Source: an uncultured Gemmatimonadota bacterium
Lineage (GTDB): Bacteria > GCA-2686955
DNA: 64,000 bases
Assembly (NCBI GenBank): GCA_964490075.1
Contig: CAZBBK010000028.1
Location: 1 to 64,000 of the forward strand
Reading direction: 5' to 3'
This document shows, one piece after another, positions 9,978 through 19,147 of the stretch. Positions within the stretch are counted from its first letter, which is position 1, and the number at the start of each line of letters is the position of its first letter. The position numbers and the translations under genes were made by a program. The notes beneath the pieces are model-generated. The model searched no databases and was not told the origin of the DNA. It saw nothing but the letters and a program-made list of their open reading frames with translations.

Positions 9978-12185
9978 CTACTGCGACAAGATCAGCACAC
10001 TGTAGGGCGCCACCGAGACCAGGCCGTGGTGGTCCATGCCGTCCCAGCTTCCGCCTTGGGCCTCGACCGTGGCACTTCCGTAGTCGTCGAAATCGTCGCT
10101 GTAGAGGCTCGAGTCGCTGTTGAAGCGCACCGTCCACGTTCCCGCGCCGGGCAAGCCGATCTTGCGATCGGCACGGGCGACATTGGCGAAGTTGATGGCG
10201 ACGATGGTGTCGTCGCCGGGGGTGGGTCCGCCGGCATCCCAGCGATGGAAGGCGAGGAACTTGTCGCTGTTGTCTACGTGGTGCACGCTCACGCTCTGAC
10301 CGCGCAGTCCCCTCGTGTTGTCGTACCAGTTGCGCCGCAACCGGATCAGGTCGCGATAGAGCGCGTGAATTCCGGCGTAGGTCTGGAGCTTCGACCAGTC
10401 GATCGGATCGTCGTCGGCGAACCAGCCGTCTTCGAGAATCTCCTGCCCCTCGAAGATCAGCGGCACGCCGGGAGAGGTCATGACCAGCGCTGCGCCGATC
10501 GTGGATCGCTTGCGCGAGTACCAGCTCCCGGCGTTGCCCGGCCAGATCTCCTCGGGAACCCGGCTGCGGCCGTTGGCCACTTCGTCGTGGCTCTCGGTGT
10601 AGATCACCCGCTCGAAGGCGTCGAGGTTGTATCCGTGGGTGATGGCGTCGCGGACCGCGTACATGTCGCGACCCGGATCGTCGGTACGGATGATGGCATC
10701 GCGCACCGGGTGCACGAAGTTCTCGTCCCACTGGCCGTCGAATCCCGCGCCGCCCGCCCCGGTGGTCTTGGTGATCCACTCGTTGTCGCGCATGTCTTCG
10801 GCGACCACGAACTTCCAGGGCTGGCTGGCGTCTACCTCGTCGTTGATCCACTGCATCAGGCTCCAGCCGTCCGGAATGTCCTCTCCGAATCCGTCCACTT
10901 TGCGGATCCAGGCGGTGCCGTCGAAGCGCAGGCCGTCAACGTGGAAATCCTCGAGCCACATCAAGGCGTCGTCGCGGATGTAGCTGCGCACTTCGGAGCG
11001 GCCGTAATCGGGCCGGGTGTCGCCCCAGGGCGTGGACTTGCGATAATCGTTGTAGAAGTAGATGCCGCCGCCGTCTCCCTGGCCCCAGCCGTCGTATCGC
11101 CACAGCTCCAGATCGGAGGGACCGAAATGGTTGAAGACCACATCCTGAAACACCGCGAGCCCACGGGCGTGGGCGGCGTCGACGAATTCTTTGTAGCCGG
11201 TCGGACCGCCGTAGACGGATTCCACGGCGTAGGGCTGCGCCGGGTTGTAGCCCCACGAGTAGTCCCCGGGGAACTCGCAGATCGGCATCACTTCGACGGC
11301 GGTGACGCCGAGATCGGCCAGGTAATCGAGCTTCTCGATACAGTCGTCGAAACCACCGGGACGGCCTCCCGGTGTATCGTTGAAGGTGCCGACGTGCATC
11401 TCGTAGATGACCAGCTCGTTCCACGTCGCCATCGAGAAGGAGCCGTCGGTCCAGCCGAAACGTGGATCGAAGATGATCGAGTTGCCGGTCGAGTTGACGA
11501 CCTCGAGCGAGCGAGCGTCGGTTTTCCAGAAGGTCGATCCGTTCTTCAATACGTACTTGTACTCCTGGCCGGGTATGGCATCGCGGAAGTCGATCGACCA
11601 ATGCCCGTTACCCTCGGCAACCAGCGGAGTGTTGCTGGAGGACCAGCCGTTGAACTGGCCGGCGACATGGGCCGCCGCAACATTGGGCGCCCAGACCCGG
11701 AACGCGGTGCCGCCGAAGTAGGGGATGGCACCGACTCCGGCATGGGAAGAAGGCAGCAGGTAGCGCTTGGCGGCGACACCGTACGAGGCCGCCGTGCGGC
11801 CGTGGACGCCGAGGTAGTAGCGGTCGGTGTGGAGCTCGGGCGAGGTCCGGGCATCGACCAGCACCCATTCGATGGGAGTATTCCAGTACGGGCGGAAATC
11901 CCATTCGCTCTCGGTGGGAAGCTGGCCGCGGCGCACGTACAGATCGGGGTTGCCGCCGTCGAGAGCCTTGATGGCGAAACCGGCCTTGGCGTTCCAGTCC
12001 TTCACATCGATGTAGTAATAGTCCCACTCGCCCAGGCCGACCTGGTCGGCGATCGGCACGGAGTCCTCGAGCGGGGTCGCGGCCATGGCGGCGCTGGTCG
12101 CCAAGGGGAGCGCGATCAGCGGCAGAAGGTGAAGCCTAGGTCGTGACAGTGGAGTCCGGGCGCGGGGAACGCGGGGGAAGTGCAT
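9978..12185 (-). CDS. Secreted GH13 protein (signal peptide + PPC-like domain + CBM48 + branching-enzyme/MTHase-like catalytic domain)
   Basis: Signal peptide ending AMA-AT; GNPDLYVRRG PPC-like segment; FRVWAPN (CBM48); IYEMHVGTF, SWGYNP, DVVFNH, DGLRFDG, VAED, YTESHDE. Confidence 0.9.
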   Translation of the reverse strand: MHFPRVPRARTPLSRPRLHLLPLIALPLATSAAMAATPLEDSVPIADQVGLGEWDYYYIDVKDWNAKAGFAIKALDGGNPDLYVRRGQLPTESEWDFRPYWNTPIEWVLVDARTSPELHTDRYYLGVHGRTAASYGVAAKRYLLPSSHAGVGAIPYFGGTAFRVWAPNVAAAHVAGQFNGWSSSNTPLVAEGNGHWSIDFRDAIPGQEYKYVLKNGSTFWKTDARSLEVVNSTGNSIIFDPRFGWTDGSFSMATWNELVIYEMHVGTFNDTPGGRPGGFDDCIEKLDYLADLGVTAVEVMPICEFPGDYSWGYNPAQPYAVESVYGGPTGYKEFVDAAHARGLAVFQDVVFNHFGPSDLELWRYDGWGQGDGGGIYFYNDYRKSTPWGDTRPDYGRSEVRSYIRDDALMWLEDFHVDGLRFDGTAWIRKVDGFGEDIPDGWSLMQWINDEVDASQPWKFVVAEDMRDNEWITKTTGAGGAGFDGQWDENFVHPVRDAIIRTDDPGRDMYAVRDAITHGYNLDAFERVIYTESHDEVANGRSRVPEEIWPGNAGSWYSRKRSTIGAALVMTSPGVPLIFEGQEILEDGWFADDDPIDWSKLQTYAGIHALYRDLIRLRRNWYDNTRGLRGQSVSVHHVDNSDKFLAFHRWDAGGPTPGDDTIVAINFANVARADRKIGLPGAGTWTVRFNSDSSLYSDDFDDYGSATVEAQGGSWDGMDHHGLVSVAPYSVLILSQ

Positions 12186-12260
12186 GGTTGGATCGCTCTA
12201 CTGGCTGGGGTGGGTTGAGGCTCTCGACCATCCCCAGCATAGCCCCGTTCCGGTCGCGCT

Positions 12261-13097
12261 TCAGTCCCGGCTCATGTCGGCCGGCATCGCCTGCAGTCCC
12301 AGCAGCCAGAAGACGGCGATGTCGCTGACCGTGGCGTTGTCGCCGTAGGGCGAGTCGAGGGAGGGAGCGGTGAAGGCGTTGGCGTCGCCGAAGAGCAGCA
12401 CGCGGCCGGCGTCGATCTCGTCCAATACGCCGACGACGCCATCGGTGTAGCCGTCCACCGCCCAGGACAAGCCGCCGTCCACCGCGCCGCAGCCCGCGGT
12501 GACCACGGTCCGGGCACCGAAGAGGGAGTGGTTGGTGAAGGCGTAGTAATCGGCGGCGTCGACGGCGACCGAGAGCCCCAGCCGCTCGGTCACGGCCCAG
12601 AGATTCTGGTTCGGAGCGGTGACGCCGTCGGAGAGGATCTGCAGCGCGCCTCCGGCCTCGACGTAGGAGCCGATCAGCTCCGCTTCCTGTGTCGAGAATG
12701 CGCCGTACCAGTTGGCCGGCAGGGCCAGCCAGACCATGTCGTAGCCGGCCAGATCGGACGCGTGGAGCGGATCGCCGTGCGTGACGTCGATGCGGGCGCC
12801 GAGCTCCCGGTAGCGATCGAGCAGCGGCCGATAGCGATGCTCCGCGTCGTAGCAGCCGGCGCCGCAGTAGACCCCCTTCGACTCGATCCAGAGCAGCCGC
12901 ACGTGGCTCAGCAGGCCGCCTGGGTCCGGATCGGGATCCCGGCTGCGGCTCGGCTCGACGATCGGCGCCGATCCATAGGCAGCGCCGGTCAAGTCGACCT
13001 GGTCCTCCGGTCCGGCGAGCTGATCGCCGCAGCCCGCGGCGACGCATGCGAAGAGCGCGGGTCGCAGGTTTCGAAGGATCTGGATCGGCTGGCGCAC
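12261..13097 (-). CDS. Putative lipoprotein with a GATase-like/DUF4350-like domain
   Basis: GTG at 13097 after GGAG gives MRQPIQILRNLRPALFACVAAG-C (lipobox-like). LAGYDMVWL, ELIGSYVEAGGALQILSD and GRVLLFGDANAF are typical of DUF4350-like folds. Confidence 0.6.
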   Translation of the reverse strand: MRQPIQILRNLRPALFACVAAGCGDQLAGPEDQVDLTGAAYGSAPIVEPSRSRDPDPDPGGLLSHVRLLWIESKGVYCGAGCYDAEHRYRPLLDRYRELGARIDVTHGDPLHASDLAGYDMVWLALPANWYGAFSTQEAELIGSYVEAGGALQILSDGVTAPNQNLWAVTERLGLSVAVDAADYYAFTNHSLFGARTVVTAGCGAVDGGLSWAVDGYTDGVVGVLDEIDAGRVLLFGDANAFTAPSLDSPYGDNATVSDIAVFWLLGLQAMPADMSRD

Positions 13098-13287
13098 GCT
13101 CGGCTCCAGGCAGAGGTCGACACCGAGATGGGACATTCCCTCTTCTTCTTCCCTATCGGAGCAACCTTGGGATGGCTGTTGCGCAAACTCCGGGCCGCGC
13201 TGTTCGAAGTGCGGGCAATGGCGGACTGGTTCGCTCATTGCGGCTATGGTTCCCCTCGAATCAAGCGCTAAATGGAGGCTGAACGCC

Positions 13288-14637
13288 GTGAAAGAGATCG
13301 AAACGCTGCGTCCGGACTACGAACGTGCCCTGCGCGAGCTGGTGGAGATTCCGAGCGTGTCGGGCGGCGACCACGCGGCCGACTGCCGGCGCTGTGCCGA
13401 GGCGGCGGCGGCGCTGATCCGCTCTCTGGGCGGCGAGGCGCATCTGGTGGAGACCGGTGGACACCCGGCGCTGCACGGCCGCATCCGCTCCGGCTCTCGC
13501 GCCCCCAAGGTGGTGATCTACAACCACCTGGACGTGCAGCCGGCGGGCGCCGAAGGTTGGACCAGCGATGACCCCTTTCGCATGGAGATCGAGGCCGGCG
13601 GTCGCTACCTGGGACGCGGAGTCACCGACGACAAGGGGCCGGCGCTGGCGGCGCTCTACGGCGCGGTCCTGGCCCGCGAGGCAGGCGTTCCGATCGACGT
13701 GGAGCTGCTCTGGGAGCTGGAGGAAGAGATCGGCAGCCCCAGCTTCGGATCTTTCCTCGACTCCCTCCCCAGCGACCTCCGACCCGACGTGATCGCGGTC
13801 TCCGATACCATCTGGGTGAGCACCGACCGACCCGCGATGCCCTACGGGTTGCGCGGCATTCTGACCTTCTTCCTGCGCCTGGAGACGGCGCGCGGCGGCG
13901 CGACCCATTCCGGGTTGACGGGTGGCCTGGCACGCAATCCGCTCGCCGAGCTGGCGGCGCTCGTCTCCGAATGCGTCGATGCCCGCAGCGGCGAGATCCT
14001 GATTCCCGGCGTGCATGACGCGGTGCGTCCGCTCGCCGACGAGGAGCAGGAGGGCTTTTTGGCCTCGGGATGGAGCGCCGAGGATTTCAAGGCCGCCCAT
14101 CGTCTGAAGTCGCTGCGCAGCGAAGACCCCGCCGACGCGACGGAGCGCATCTGGGCGCGGCCGACCTTCGAGCTGCACGGCCTGACCGGCGGCTACGAGG
14201 GCCCCGGCATCCTGACGGCGGTGCCGCCGCGCGCCGAGGCAAAATGCTCGATGCGCCTGGTGCCGGATCAGGAGCCGCTGGAGATCTTCGAGCTCGTGAA
14301 GGCGTTCGTGGCAAGCCGCAACCCCGACGTCGAAGTGGTCTTCGACGCCCAGCTCGCCCCCTTTCTCGGGCCGCGCAGCGGGCCCTACGCCGAGGCGGCG
14401 GCGGCCGCGATCGAGGGCGCCTTCGGCCGCCGTCCGGCCTTCACCCGCGAGGGCGGCTCGATCGGGGCGGTGGTGCTGATGCAACGCAAGTTCGACGCGC
14501 CGATCGTGCTCATGGGGCTCTCGCTTCCCGAGCACAACTACCATGGCGACGACGAAAACTTCTCCTGGTCGCAGGCCTCGCGCGGGATGATGATGTTCCA
14601 CGACTTCCTGGCGCGAGTGAGGAGCATCGAGCGCTAG
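13288..14637 (+). CDS. M20/M25/M40 family metallo-dipeptidase
   Basis: YNHLDVQP, GRGVTDDKGP, LEEEIGS, THSG, REGGSI, HGDDENF. GTG start after GGAGG (13274-13278). Confidence 0.92.
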   Translation: MKEIETLRPDYERALRELVEIPSVSGGDHAADCRRCAEAAAALIRSLGGEAHLVETGGHPALHGRIRSGSRAPKVVIYNHLDVQPAGAEGWTSDDPFRMEIEAGGRYLGRGVTDDKGPALAALYGAVLAREAGVPIDVELLWELEEEIGSPSFGSFLDSLPSDLRPDVIAVSDTIWVSTDRPAMPYGLRGILTFFLRLETARGGATHSGLTGGLARNPLAELAALVSECVDARSGEILIPGVHDAVRPLADEEQEGFLASGWSAEDFKAAHRLKSLRSEDPADATERIWARPTFELHGLTGGYEGPGILTAVPPRAEAKCSMRLVPDQEPLEIFELVKAFVASRNPDVEVVFDAQLAPFLGPRSGPYAEAAAAAIEGAFGRRPAFTREGGSIGAVVLMQRKFDAPIVLMGLSLPEHNYHGDDENFSWSQASRGMMMFHDFLARVRSIER

Positions 14638-14726
14638 AGCAGGGCCAAGCGAAGTGGGAATAGAGAAGAGGGGACACAAATGAAGGAGCCTGAGGCACGC
14701 GAGCGCGCGCTCGGTGTGCCATCGCC

Positions 14727-16595
14727 ATGGGGCTGGTGGGCGCCTCTGTCGGCGCCGCCTGGGGGGCGCTCGAGGCGCTGTTGATGACCCCACTGGTAGC
14801 CTACTCGAGCCAATTTCCGAGCGGTTCGCTCGGCGCCTTCGTCGCCTTCGCCTCGATCGGGATCAATGCGCTCTTGGCGGCGCTGGTGGTCGGAGGCGGC
14901 GCTTCGCTCTCGGTGGCGCGGCGCGGCGCGCGCGGCGGCTCGGGGGCGGCGTGGATCGCCTCGCTCTACGTCCTGATCACCGGCGAGATGGTGGTCCACA
15001 CGCAACTCTTCCGCGCGGTGCCGATCGGCAACCCGCGGGTGGTGGTGGTCAGCGCCGCCTTGCTGCCGGTCGCGGCCGCGGTCTGGCTCCTGGTGCGGCG
15101 CCGGATGCGCGGGGTGGGTCCGTGTTGGGAGCGGAAGGGCGCCGCGCTCGGATTGCTCGCGGCGGGGGTCACGGTGCTGGTGCTGGGGCTGCGGCTGAAA
15201 GGCGGCGGTGGAAGCGCCGGGCTTCCGGCGCAGCGCAGCGACGACGCGCCGACGCTGCTGCTGATCACCCTCGACACGCTGCGTTCCGACGTGCTCGGTT
15301 GCTACGGGGCGCCGGCCCCCTCGCCCTCGCCGCGCATCGACCGCCTGGCGGCGGACGGCGTCCGATTCGCCAACGCTTTCGCCCAGGTGCCGATCACGCT
15401 GCCCTCCCACACCTCGATGATGAGCGGCCGCTACCCCTTCCGCCACGGCGTACGACGCAACGGCGCTCCGATCGGCGCGGCAACGGCGCGTCTGCTCGCG
15501 CAGCGGCTCATCGAGGAAGGCTGGGCGACCGGTGCCTTCACCGCGGCCTTTCCCCTGGCGCGCCGTTTCGGGCTCGACCGGGGCTTCGACCACTACCTCG
15601 ATCCGGCCACGAGCCTCGGTCCCCACCCAACCACGGTGAAGCCTCATGTCGGCTGGTTGGCCCTCGCCGCGCGGCGTTTCGGCAAGATGAGCGCGCTTTC
15701 CGAGCTCCCGGCCGACGTGCCGGTCACCCGGGCGCTGCAGTGGATGGAGCGCAATCCCGGCCACCCGCTCTTCGTCTGGGTGCATCTCTACGATCCCCAC
15801 ATGCCGCTGACGCCGCCCTCGGAGTTCCGGGGCCGCCACCAGGCGACGGCCGAAGAGCGTGCGCGGGTGGCGCGCCACGTGGCCGCCGGCACCCTGCTGG
15901 ACACCCACGGGCGGCCGGTCGCGCGGCTCGATCCGGGGCTCTATCGCGACGAGGTGGCCTTCGCGGACGCCCAGGTGGGGCGCCTGCTGGACGGGCTGGA
16001 GGCGCTTGGAAGGCTCGACTCGGCGTGGGTGCTGCTCACGGCCGACCACGGGGAAGCGCTGGCGGAGCACGGTTACTACGGCCATGCGGCCCAGGTGATC
16101 GAGTGCTGCATGGCGGTGCCGCTGGTGGTGCGGCGGCCCGGCGCAGTGGGCGCTGGACGGGCTCGCGAAGATCTGGCCGAGCTGGTCGACGTGGCGCCGA
16201 CCCTGCTCGCGGCGGCGGGATTGCCGCCGGCGGCGCTGGATGCGGCCGAGATGGACGGGCGCGACCTCTTCGCCGCCGGCCTGGAGCAGCGCTGGGTCTA
16301 CTCGGAGAGCCTGGAGGCACGGGATCCGGCCCGACACCGCTTCGCGCTGCGCACGGCGCGCTGGACCTACTGGCGGGACGCGGCGGGTCGAGCCGAAGGG
16401 TTCTTCGACCGCTCCGCCGACCCGCGGGAGATGGCGAGCCTGATCGGCGCGGACCTCGACGAGACCGCGGCGCACGCGCTGGCCGAGGCCCGCGAGCGCC
16501 TGGCGGCATTGCGCGCTCTGGACCGGGGGGACGGAGCGGAGGTGGAGATCGACGCGGAAACCCGACGCCGGCTGCACGCGCTCGGTTACATGTAG
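14727..16595 (+). CDS. Membrane-anchored sulfatase-like hydrolase/transferase (alkaline phosphatase superfamily, Thr-type)
   Basis: About 5 N-terminal TM helices; ITLDTLRSD, ITLPSHTSMMSG, WVHLYDPHMP, TADHGE; C-terminal LHALGYM. Confidence 0.85.
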   Translation: MGLVGASVGAAWGALEALLMTPLVAYSSQFPSGSLGAFVAFASIGINALLAALVVGGGASLSVARRGARGGSGAAWIASLYVLITGEMVVHTQLFRAVPIGNPRVVVVSAALLPVAAAVWLLVRRRMRGVGPCWERKGAALGLLAAGVTVLVLGLRLKGGGGSAGLPAQRSDDAPTLLLITLDTLRSDVLGCYGAPAPSPSPRIDRLAADGVRFANAFAQVPITLPSHTSMMSGRYPFRHGVRRNGAPIGAATARLLAQRLIEEGWATGAFTAAFPLARRFGLDRGFDHYLDPATSLGPHPTTVKPHVGWLALAARRFGKMSALSELPADVPVTRALQWMERNPGHPLFVWVHLYDPHMPLTPPSEFRGRHQATAEERARVARHVAAGTLLDTHGRPVARLDPGLYRDEVAFADAQVGRLLDGLEALGRLDSAWVLLTADHGEALAEHGYYGHAAQVIECCMAVPLVVRRPGAVGAGRAREDLAELVDVAPTLLAAAGLPPAALDAAEMDGRDLFAAGLEQRWVYSESLEARDPARHRFALRTARWTYWRDAAGRAEGFFDRSADPREMASLIGADLDETAAHALAEARERLAALRALDRGDGAEVEIDAETRRRLHALGYM

Positions 16596-16667
16596 GCGCG
16601 ATCCTTGACGCTTGGTCGCCTGGGATCCAGCGGCTACGATGCGCGCCATCATGAGAGCCTTCCCGCG

Positions 16668-17474
16668 ATGAGTCGATCGGCGATCCGCGCCACGGGTCTG
16701 CGCAAGAGCTTCGACTCCAAGGAGGTGCTGAGCGGCATCGATCTCGAGGTCGAGGCCGGCACCATCTTCGGCACCATCGGTCCCAACGGCGCCGGCAAGA
16801 CCACCACCGTCAAGATCCTGACCGGGCAGCTCGCCTCGTTCGAAGGCGAGGCGCGGGTGGCCGATCTCGACCCGCGCGACGATTCCTGTGCCGTGAAGGC
16901 GATGATCGGCTACGTGCCGGAGCATGGCGCGCTCTACGGCGCGCTCACGATTGCCCAGCTCTTGCTCTTCGTCGGTCGCCTGCACCGCCTCGACGACCCC
17001 ACCATCCGCGCCCGGGCCGGCGAGCTGCTGGAGGTGTTCGGGCTCGGCGCCGAGCTCGGCACGCGCATCTCGACGCTGTCCAAGGGGATGCGTCAGAAGC
17101 TCCTGATCACCGCCGCGCTGCTGCACGATCCCAAGCTGATCTTCCTGGACGAACCGCTCTCCGGGCTCGACGTGCACGCGTCGCTGCTCGTGAAAGAGCT
17201 GCTGCGGCAGCTCGCCGATACCGGGCGCACCATCTTCTACTGCTCGCACATGATGGACGTGGTGGAGCAGGTCTGCGATTCCGTGGCGATCATCGACGGC
17301 GGAGAGATCGTGGCACGTGGCACTCCGGCGGAGATCGCGAGCACCGCCGGAGGAGGCTCGCTGGAGCAGGTATTCGCGCGCCTCACCCACGCTCCCTCCC
17401 AGGAGCAGGGCGTCGAGCGCATCGTGCGCTCCCTATCCATCACCGAGGATCGAGGCGATGCCGGCGGCGGCTGA
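16668..17474 (+). CDS. ABC exporter ATP-binding protein
   Basis: Walker A GPNGAGKTT, signature LSKGMRQK, Walker B IFLDEP, H-loop CSH. Confidence 0.95.
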   Translation: MSRSAIRATGLRKSFDSKEVLSGIDLEVEAGTIFGTIGPNGAGKTTTVKILTGQLASFEGEARVADLDPRDDSCAVKAMIGYVPEHGALYGALTIAQLLLFVGRLHRLDDPTIRARAGELLEVFGLGAELGTRISTLSKGMRQKLLITAALLHDPKLIFLDEPLSGLDVHASLLVKELLRQLADTGRTIFYCSHMMDVVEQVCDSVAIIDGGEIVARGTPAEIASTAGGGSLEQVFARLTHAPSQEQGVERIVRSLSITEDRGDAGGG

Positions 17475-19104
17475 TCCCTGGTCGGCTCCCGAGGATCGAT
17501 CGGCGCTGATTCGGCCTTTGCTACGGCTGATCGCGGCACTCGCGGTGCCCTTGCGTTGGCTCGGGATCGATCCCGGGCTCTTCGCGGAGATCGTGCGCGT
17601 CAACGCGATTGTGATCCTGCGCGCCGCGCCGCTCGGCCTGGGCGGGCTGCCGCAAGGGGGCCTGGTGCTCTTCCTGACGCTCGGCTTCTTCTGGCTGCTC
17701 GGGCTGACGACCGGCATCGCCGCCTTGCTGGGCCTCGAGCCCGGCGCCTGGATCGCCCTCGCTTCGGGCATGCAGCTCGGGCTCCTGGCCATGGTGATGC
17801 TGATGCAGTACGCCGCCATCCTGGCCGATCCGATCGACATCGCCGTCATCGTTTCGCGGCCGGTGCCGGGCCGCGAGCTCTTCGCCGCTCGTCTGCTCCA
17901 CGTCCTGCTCCTGACCGCCGCCCTCTCGGCGGCCTTCACCTGCGGATCGGCGTTCTTGGCGAGCTTCGCCTATCCGGCGTGGGCGATGCTGACCATCTAC
18001 CCCTTGCTGACCATGCTCTGCGCCCTGCTGACGCTGGGCGGGATCGCCCTCGGCTTCGCCGCAGCGGTGTGGATATTCGGGCCGCGGTCCTTTCAGCGCG
18101 CGACACTGCTTTTTCAGGTGCTGGTGGTCGCGCTGCTGGGGGCCGCCTACCAGCTGACGCCGGTCGTCTCCGCCGAGCGCCTGGCCGACCTCTTCGAGCA
18201 CCATCCCCGGCTCGCCTTCGCGTTTCCTCCCCTGAACTATGCCGGCGCCTTCGCCCTCGCGACCGGGCGCGGGACCACCGACAACCTGATCCACACGCTG
18301 CTCGCGATCGCCCTGCCCCTGGGGCTCCTGGCGCTGGCCCTGCGCCTGGCGGCGCGGCGTTTCGTCGCCGCCCTCGAAGGCGAGCTTCCGCCCCGCACCG
18401 CCCGCACGCGCGGCTGGCCCTCCGGACCGATCGAGCGGCTGGGGGCGGACCTGACGGCATCAAGCGCCGAGCGTGCCGCCTTCGCCCTCACGGCGGCGGT
18501 CGCGCGCTCCGAGTCCGACTACCTCCGCAACGTGCTGCCGGCCCTGGTCGGCACCCTCGTCATGTGCGCCGTGCTCAGCTTTCGCATCACCGCGCCCCAG
18601 AGCGTCGCCGTGTTCTGCGTGGTGCTGGTCTTCCACCTGGCGCCGATTCTCGACCGGGCGCGCACCAGCGTCGACGCCGAGGCCGCCTGGCTGCTCGACC
18701 TGGCCCGCGCCGAGGACCGCGACCGGCTGCTGCGCGGAGCCATCAAGGGACTGCTCTGCGCCGTGCTGGGTCCGGCGACCATCGCGGCCGCCCTCTTCGT
18801 CGTGGCGAGAGGCGGGATCGAGGTCGTGCCCCATGCCCTGCTCGGCCTGGAGCTGGTGTGGGCCGCGGCGCTCTTGTTCGCCGCCGCCGCCGCCTCGGCG
18901 CAGCCCTTTACCGCGCCCTCGCGATCGGCCGATGCCAGCGCCCGCTCGGTCCTCACCTGGATCGGAGCGCTGCTGGCCGCCGCACTGACCGGCGGGCTGC
19001 ACTTCGTGCTCTGCCTGCACCCGGCGGCGCTCTGGGGCGGCATCGTGCTCGGACTTCCCTTGCTGCGCCTCGCCTTTCTGTCGTTGGAACGAGCGCGGCG
19101 ATGA
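17458..19104 (+). CDS. ABC exporter permease (large, multi-TM, ~548 aa)
   Basis: Overlaps the ATPase gene; many hydrophobic helices; DIAVIVSRPVPGRELFAARLLH motif typical of ABC-2-type permeases. Confidence 0.75.
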   Translation: MPAAADPWSAPEDRSALIRPLLRLIAALAVPLRWLGIDPGLFAEIVRVNAIVILRAAPLGLGGLPQGGLVLFLTLGFFWLLGLTTGIAALLGLEPGAWIALASGMQLGLLAMVMLMQYAAILADPIDIAVIVSRPVPGRELFAARLLHVLLLTAALSAAFTCGSAFLASFAYPAWAMLTIYPLLTMLCALLTLGGIALGFAAAVWIFGPRSFQRATLLFQVLVVALLGAAYQLTPVVSAERLADLFEHHPRLAFAFPPLNYAGAFALATGRGTTDNLIHTLLAIALPLGLLALALRLAARRFVAALEGELPPRTARTRGWPSGPIERLGADLTASSAERAAFALTAAVARSESDYLRNVLPALVGTLVMCAVLSFRITAPQSVAVFCVVLVFHLAPILDRARTSVDAEAAWLLDLARAEDRDRLLRGAIKGLLCAVLGPATIAAALFVVARGGIEVVPHALLGLELVWAAALLFAAAAASAQPFTAPSRSADASARSVLTWIGALLAAALTGGLHFVLCLHPAALWGGIVLGLPLLRLAFLSLERARR

Positions 19105-19147
19105 GCGCGCACCCACCCGCCACACCCACGCCGAGGCGCCCCCGACC

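Noticed and set aside
16651-16671. Six-codon upstream ORF (MRAFPR) overlapping the ABC ATPase start
   Set aside because: Such short ORFs arise readily by chance, and nothing beyond the ATGA overlap supports it.
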